A stretch of DNA of 64,000 nt from the human T2T-CHM13v2.0 reference genome, Homo sapiens. The position numbers and the translations under genes are program-made. Position 1 is the stretch's first letter, and each line of letters starts with the position of its first letter. The stretch lies in the NCBI RefSeq assembly GCF_009914755.1, contig NC_060942.1, one strand, 5' to 3'. Positions 58,377 to 64,000 of this stretch are shown here, in pieces. Below the pieces are notes generated by a model. It was given only the letters and a program-made list of their open reading frames with translations. It was not told where the DNA came from and did not search any database.

Positions 58377-58672
58377 CTAACTATTTGTCTCATTGTCATT
58401 AGTTAGACTTTCTGCAAGGTCACTTAATCCAGACTTATTCAGTGCATTAATCAGATTCTCAGGTGTTGCATGAACTCCCTCTTGATCTTGCCAGGCAACC
58501 AGGAGCTGCTTAGCTCTCATCTTCATGTCTTCACTGTCACACTCAATCTGCCTAATTTCTGAGTCTTTCATTTCCAAGTAGGGAGCCAGAATCTTCCATT
58601 GTTCACCCAGCTTGTTGGCAAATACCTCTATTTGTTCTCCTGTTACAGGTTTGTCTCGCCGAACATCAGGAC
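58377..58672 (-). CDS. THOC1: THOC1 last coding exon, death domain ([49 protein letters not shown]...[10 protein letters not shown])
   Basis: Minus-strand ttttctag acceptor, TAG stop at 58377-58379; recognisable THOC1/p84N5 C-terminus, also partly in the ORF track. Confidence 0.96.
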
Positions 58673-59179
58673 CTAGAAAATGAAGAGAATATAAATTATG
58701 CGCAATTCTAAGTATACAACAGAAATGGAAAGCTATGGGGCCAATAAGTTTTATTAACCACCTTTAGTAGACTTTATTTTAAAAGTAAACAATTATTTTT
58801 TATATTCTCCGTAAGTTGAATACCACTCTTAATAAGCATGGTCAATAATCAAAGCTAAAGCTGTTACCTATAATTACGTAGGCTTTCCCTGAAATGAGGT
58901 GCTCCCCCTCCAATAACCAATAATTAACAGAGGTATGGGTCGCCTTCAAATGTATTTTCATTCCCTTTTAAAGCACCATTACTTCCCAATTTTATTGCAT
59001 AAAATGTAGTGTTTTTAAAGTTATTATTAAGCAATGTTTTAAATTCCTCACTATGTCAGAAACAGTTGAGATAAAATGGGAGAAGTTGAGAAGTCGATCA
59101 AATTAAATAATGTACCTATCAACAAAGAACCCCAATCGTCTTCAATTTTGTTAAATAACCAAGAAAATTCAGTTCTTAC

Positions 59180-59255
59180 TTTCATTTTCCTTCAGTAGAG
59201 CATCATTATCTTCCTCATCTTCATCCTCACCTGTTTTTATTTCTTCAGAAGGAGG
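59180..59255 (-). CDS. THOC1: THOC1 penultimate exon (PPSEEIKTGEDEDEEDNDALLKENE)
   Basis: Minus-strand tttag acceptor and gtaaga donor, 76 nt, frame-consistent. Confidence 0.95.
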
Positions 59256-59715
59256 CTAAAAATGAGAAAGAAGAATGTTTGAAAGAATGCCAGCCTCTGA
59301 AGTAAGGTAACAGGTATTTTGTTTGGATAAGGACGGTTGTGAGATTCCAAGTACAGGGTGCCAGAACCTCACCCCTGAGAGCGTTAAATGACAGTGTCAG
59401 GTAAGGATCCTAAGTGGGACTATCTTCACCTGCAGAAGGAGTGAACTTGGGAAGACCTCAGAGTTGGAAAGACTCCCCACCCCCAATCTGGGAAGCAGGA
59501 AGTCAGTAAAAAGCACAGTTCCAGGATTTGCAAATACCCAGGGTTTATTTAGTAAAGACGGCCTCAAGGAAGCCAGTAGCAACAGTGTCCTTAAAAGTTT
59601 CTGATTCTTATCTTTTATCTTTGATAAAAGACAATATAATGCATTGGCAAACAGGAAAAAATTCATGTCTGTGTGTATAGGTGCATAACAGTTTACCTGA
59701 AGTATCACGAACTTT

Positions 59716-60003
<288 letters not shown>

Positions 60004-60236
60004 CCTGTTGAACTTTAAATTACATGCTGTACAGAAAATTATCAGTTACTTCTTTATCAACTCATGTATTTCCTGTAAATGTATATTCCAATGTGTTTTT
60101 CCCTCATTCTAAAACATGGGAGCTTGTGGATCACTGGTTTTTCACATGATTAAGTCAGTTTTTTGCTCACATAGTGACAGCAATTTTAAAGAAGATGTCA
60201 ACTAAAGGGTATGAAAAGTTGATCTATGGTACTTAC

Positions 60237-60384
60237 CGGTAATTCCTTGGCTAGCTTTATTACCATATTTTCAAGATATTCTGGTAAACTTTTAAACTGC
60301 TGGTTGGTTGGCTGGAAGAAGTGAGGGCTTCTCCGTGCTAATAGTCTCAGGGCTCTCCAACCATAATTTGAATTGTTCACAGCC
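60237..60384 (-). CDS. THOC1: THOC1 exon ([50 protein letters not shown])
   Basis: Minus-strand tatag acceptor and gtaagt donor, 148 nt. Confidence 0.96.
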
Positions 60385-62636
60385 CTATAAAAAGAGGTGT
60401 CAGGCTTGTAATTTATAGCTTTGTATTTCTGTATTCCCTTCTGCTCAGTTCTGCCATGTGTAATTCTGTATTTAAGGTAAATAGCTCAAAGTGCCATTCT
60501 TTGTATTTGAATCTTATTCCTAAAGAACTTTTCAGTATGTAGTCCACTGATAATAACAAACCAATAGATGCACATGTAACTAATCACAGGAACCAACAAT
60601 GCCTGAAGAGGCAGGCTCATATGCAGCAAACACATTTTCAAAGTTTCCGTTCATTTTGTTTAATTTTAACAAGTCAACAAGTGTGTGCAGTACTGGCTGG
60701 ATGCAGTACGTATACAACAGGAATCATCCATCTAGCTATTTGGAATCCATGAACTGTTCCCTAATGAAGTATAACAATGATCAGGGTGGTATACCATCAG
60801 GTGAGAAACAAACTGCAGAGAAATTCTAAAGATAATGCGTCAGAAATATGCAATGCTGCGGAAGAAACCAAACCACAAATTTATTCCATTTAAGAGTTTT
60901 GGATTGGAAGTCTCTTCCTCCCCTAAGAATAGCAATTTGGTTTATTTGGTCACCTCTTATAAATAAGCATATGTTACCTTTAGGATGTGCAGGTACCACT
61001 GAAGACTTAACAAAAACTACCCATAGACACTGGGGACTCTTCCCAAGTTAACACCTGCTGTGAGGCTTTGCCTAAACAGTTAAGAGCCTTCCTCTCTGAC
61101 ATATCTGTTTAGACAATTTGATTATTTTAGGCATTTTCAAAATTCACTGTCAATTATACACATCATTTTTCTTATTCTCCACAAAACCCTCTTTGGAGAT
61201 AATAATTTGAACTATCACTTTAGGAATGAGTCCACCTAGTCTTATGTAACAGTGATAAATTAATATTCTTTCAATCGACAAACACTTTTGAGCCAGGCAC
61301 TCAGTAGCTGTGGAGAGTACCTGAGGCACAGTAAGGCAGGCATTGCTAGTGATAAACACACAAGGTATAAGACAATTTCATAAGGATGAGGAAAACTTGA
61401 GAAATGAGAAAGTGGTAAGTGCCACCTTCTCATTTGGATAGTGGTAAGTGCCGTGAAATAAAAACCACGAGAATGCAAAAGAGGAGACCAGGGAGGGGAA
61501 GAGCTTCCCAGCCAGGGGGACTTTAAGCCACGGCAACCTTGGGGAAAAAGTGGTTCAAGCAAGTGAGACAGTAAAGTGTGAAGGTCCTGACAGGAAAGGG
61601 AAAGACAGGACCAAGAGGCCTGCTGTGGTTAAAGCAGAGGGGAGGCATGGCCACACAGGAGAGTATGAGCCAGACCAAGGAGGTCTTTTAGGCCCTGGGA
61701 AGGAGTTTGGAATAGGCACTCACTGGGAGATTTTAAGCAGATTAGACTTGGACAATTATTTTAAAGATCACTGGCTGATGCATGGAGCACTGACCACAAC
61801 TAGAGAGATTAGTTAAGAGGTCACAGTAATTAACAACTCTGGTCACAGGGTCACACTAGTCACAAATACTGAGTGCTAACCACATGCCCTGTAGGGTTCA
61901 AAGTGCACTGTCTTATTTAATCCTCAGAATAACCCTGTGAAATGGGTACTGTTACTATTTAACAGATGAGGAAAGGGAACTGGCGGTTTAATAATTAAAT
62001 TAGCCTTAGTTGCCTAGTAAGTAAGTGGTAGAGGGAATCGAACCTATGCATTCTGACCAGAGGCCTCTTGCCTTTAAACCACTACTCTTCAATTCCTATT
62101 TAAAGCCATGAGACTGCGGTGTCACCCAGAAGGTTCTAGATAAAGAGGCTAAGACCAATTCCTGATGTTACTCCAAAATTTGAGTTAGGCAGAGGATGAG
62201 GAGGCTGAAATGGAATGTGAGGTGGAGTGGGCAACGAGGGCAAAGGGCAAACAGAAGAACCATGGATTTGGATTCTCATGGACGCCAAGAGAAGAAAACA
62301 TTAAGGGGAACAGGATAGGTTAACAGCTGCTGTGAGATACTGTGCTTTGAAGGGTAGAGAGAACAGAACTAATAGTTGGAGAGAAATGGGGATCAGGGGG
62401 AGTTTTTTTTTTCTTATATTTTGAAACAAGGGTGATTCCAAGTCATGCTTAGTTAACAGGAATAATCCTTGAAATCAGGATGTGTACTAACAAGAACTTG
62501 GAACATAAACTCACCTAAGAGAAAAAGCACTATTCTATCTACTGCCTCTCTTAAGAGGCTTTCTAGTATACACACAATTCCTAAGGAAGAAACAAATTGA
62601 AGAAAATTAAAAGGAGCTAATGAGGAGCATACTTAC

Positions 62637-62720
62637 TTATATTCATTTTCCACCATATTTTCAGGGTCTGCCTGTTCAATGGCTTCTTCAAAGAATTCCT
62701 CCAAAGTGGGCATGTGTTCC
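62637..62720 (-). CDS. THOC1: THOC1 exon ([28 protein letters not shown]); upstream exons lie beyond the window
   Basis: Minus-strand gctcag acceptor and gtaagt donor, 84 nt, frame-consistent with the next exon. Confidence 0.94.
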
Positions 62721-63468
62721 CTGAGCGGTACAAAAATAACCAGTGAGGATGGCATATATTCTTAATAATAAATACTCATGAAGTGGTGGCAGGACAAGAT
62801 TGTGGGCATGTGTTCCCTGAGCAGTACAAAAATAACCAGTGAGGATGGCATATACTCTTAATAATAAATACTCATAAAGTGGTGGCAGGACAAGATTGTG
62901 GGCATGTGTTCCCTGAGCGGTACAAAATAACCAGTGAGGATGGCATATACTCTTAATAATAAATACTCATAAAGTGGTGGCAGGACAAGATTGTGGGCAT
63001 GTGTTCCCTGAGCGGTACAAAATAACCAGTGAGGATGGCATATACTCTTAATAATAAATACTCATAAAGTGGTGGCAGGACAAGATTGTGGGCATGTGTT
63101 CCCTGAGCGGTACAAAAATAACCAGTGAGGATGGCATATACTCTTAATAATAAATACTCATAAAGTGGTGGCAGGACAAGATTGTGGGCATGTGTTCCCT
63201 GAGCGGTACAAAATAACCAGTGAGGATGGCATATACTCTTAATAATAAATACTCATAAAGTGGTGGCAGGACAAGATTGTGGGCATGTGTTCCCTGAGCG
63301 GTACAAAATAACCAGTGAGGATGGCATATACTCTTAATAATAAATACTCATAAAGTGGTGGCAGGACAAGATTGTGGGCATGTGTTCCCTGAGCGGTACA
63401 AAATAACCAGTGAGGATGGCATATACTCTTAATAATAAATACTCATAAAGTGGTGGCAGGACAAGATT
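62706..63468. repeat. Minisatellite, 8 near-identical copies of a 95/96-bp unit overlapping a THOC1 intron/exon boundary
   Basis: Unit gtgggcatgtgttccctgagcggtacaaaa(a)taaccagtgaggatggcatatactcttaataataaatactcataaagtggtggcaggacaagatt; copies start at 62706, 62802, 62898, 62993, 63088, 63184, 63279 and 63374. Confidence 0.97.
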
Positions 63469-64000
63469 CTAATGGCCCCATACTTTTAGTTACAGTTTTG
63501 ATTACGTGGGAACTCCAGACTTTTAAGGAAGTAAAACCGTCAAAACTAAATTCAAAAAGGACAATAAATAAAGGGGATAGTCTAATACTAAATATTACAT
63601 AGTATTTACTACATATAATATTATATACTTTAATTACACACTATAATATATAAATATGTTGCTATTCAAAGAGGGCAGCCAGGGTATTTTATAGCATTTG
63701 AATTTTACCAGCAAATAAACTTTTACATTAAGTCCCTATCCACGAATTATTTTTTCTTTAAACCAGAATTAAACCAAAACTAATAATCAGACCATAATAC
63801 GATTTCAAGGGTTTAACCTTTAGCTCTTATTTAAATTGTTACCATGGTAGCATGGTTGATTTTTAAAATGCATCTTTCTTGAATTTGTTTTTAGAAATAA
63901 AATTTTGATACAGGGTCAAGCAAAGAAATGAGGTCTCAGGATCAGAAGACATCTTCTAGAGTAAAACTAGGAAAATGGGCTCTTTTAAGAAAACTATCCC

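Noticed and set aside
62706-63468. CRISPR-like appearance of the regular repeat array
   Set aside because: Units are contiguous with no unique spacers, there are no cas genes, and the context is a eukaryotic intron; it is a minisatellite.

Overview
Human/primate genomic DNA (Alu-dense, GT-AG introns), not prokaryotic. The window holds the complete USP14 gene on the + strand: a CpG-island promoter at ~1.95-2.95 kb and 16 coding exons from ATG 2446 to TAA 55031. I assembled these by hand into a 1485-nt, 494-codon ORF with the UBL domain and the Cys114/His435/Asp451 triad. It lies tail-to-tail with the last four coding exons of THOC1 (p84N5/HPR1, death-domain C-terminus) on the - strand; from recall this pair is at human 18p11.32. 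Introns carry ~45 Alus, old antisense L1, two Tigger1 copies, MER82, MER58A and L2 remnants. Nearly all ORF-track entries are Alu/L1 artefacts. The most unusual signal is an 8-copy 95/96-bp tandem array that duplicates a THOC1 3' splice site (branch point, acceptor and first 15 exon nt). It creates seven upstream decoy acceptors, each leading to an in-frame stop. Other points: a U12-type intron 9 in USP14, a possible recursive/re-splicing site at exon 6, possibly overlapping USP14/THOC1 3' ends, an ARE in the promoter, and a 6x64-bp intronic minisatellite. I found no evidence of a wholly new gene system; functional claims are hypotheses. Repeat boundaries and subfamilies were judged by eye and are approximate.
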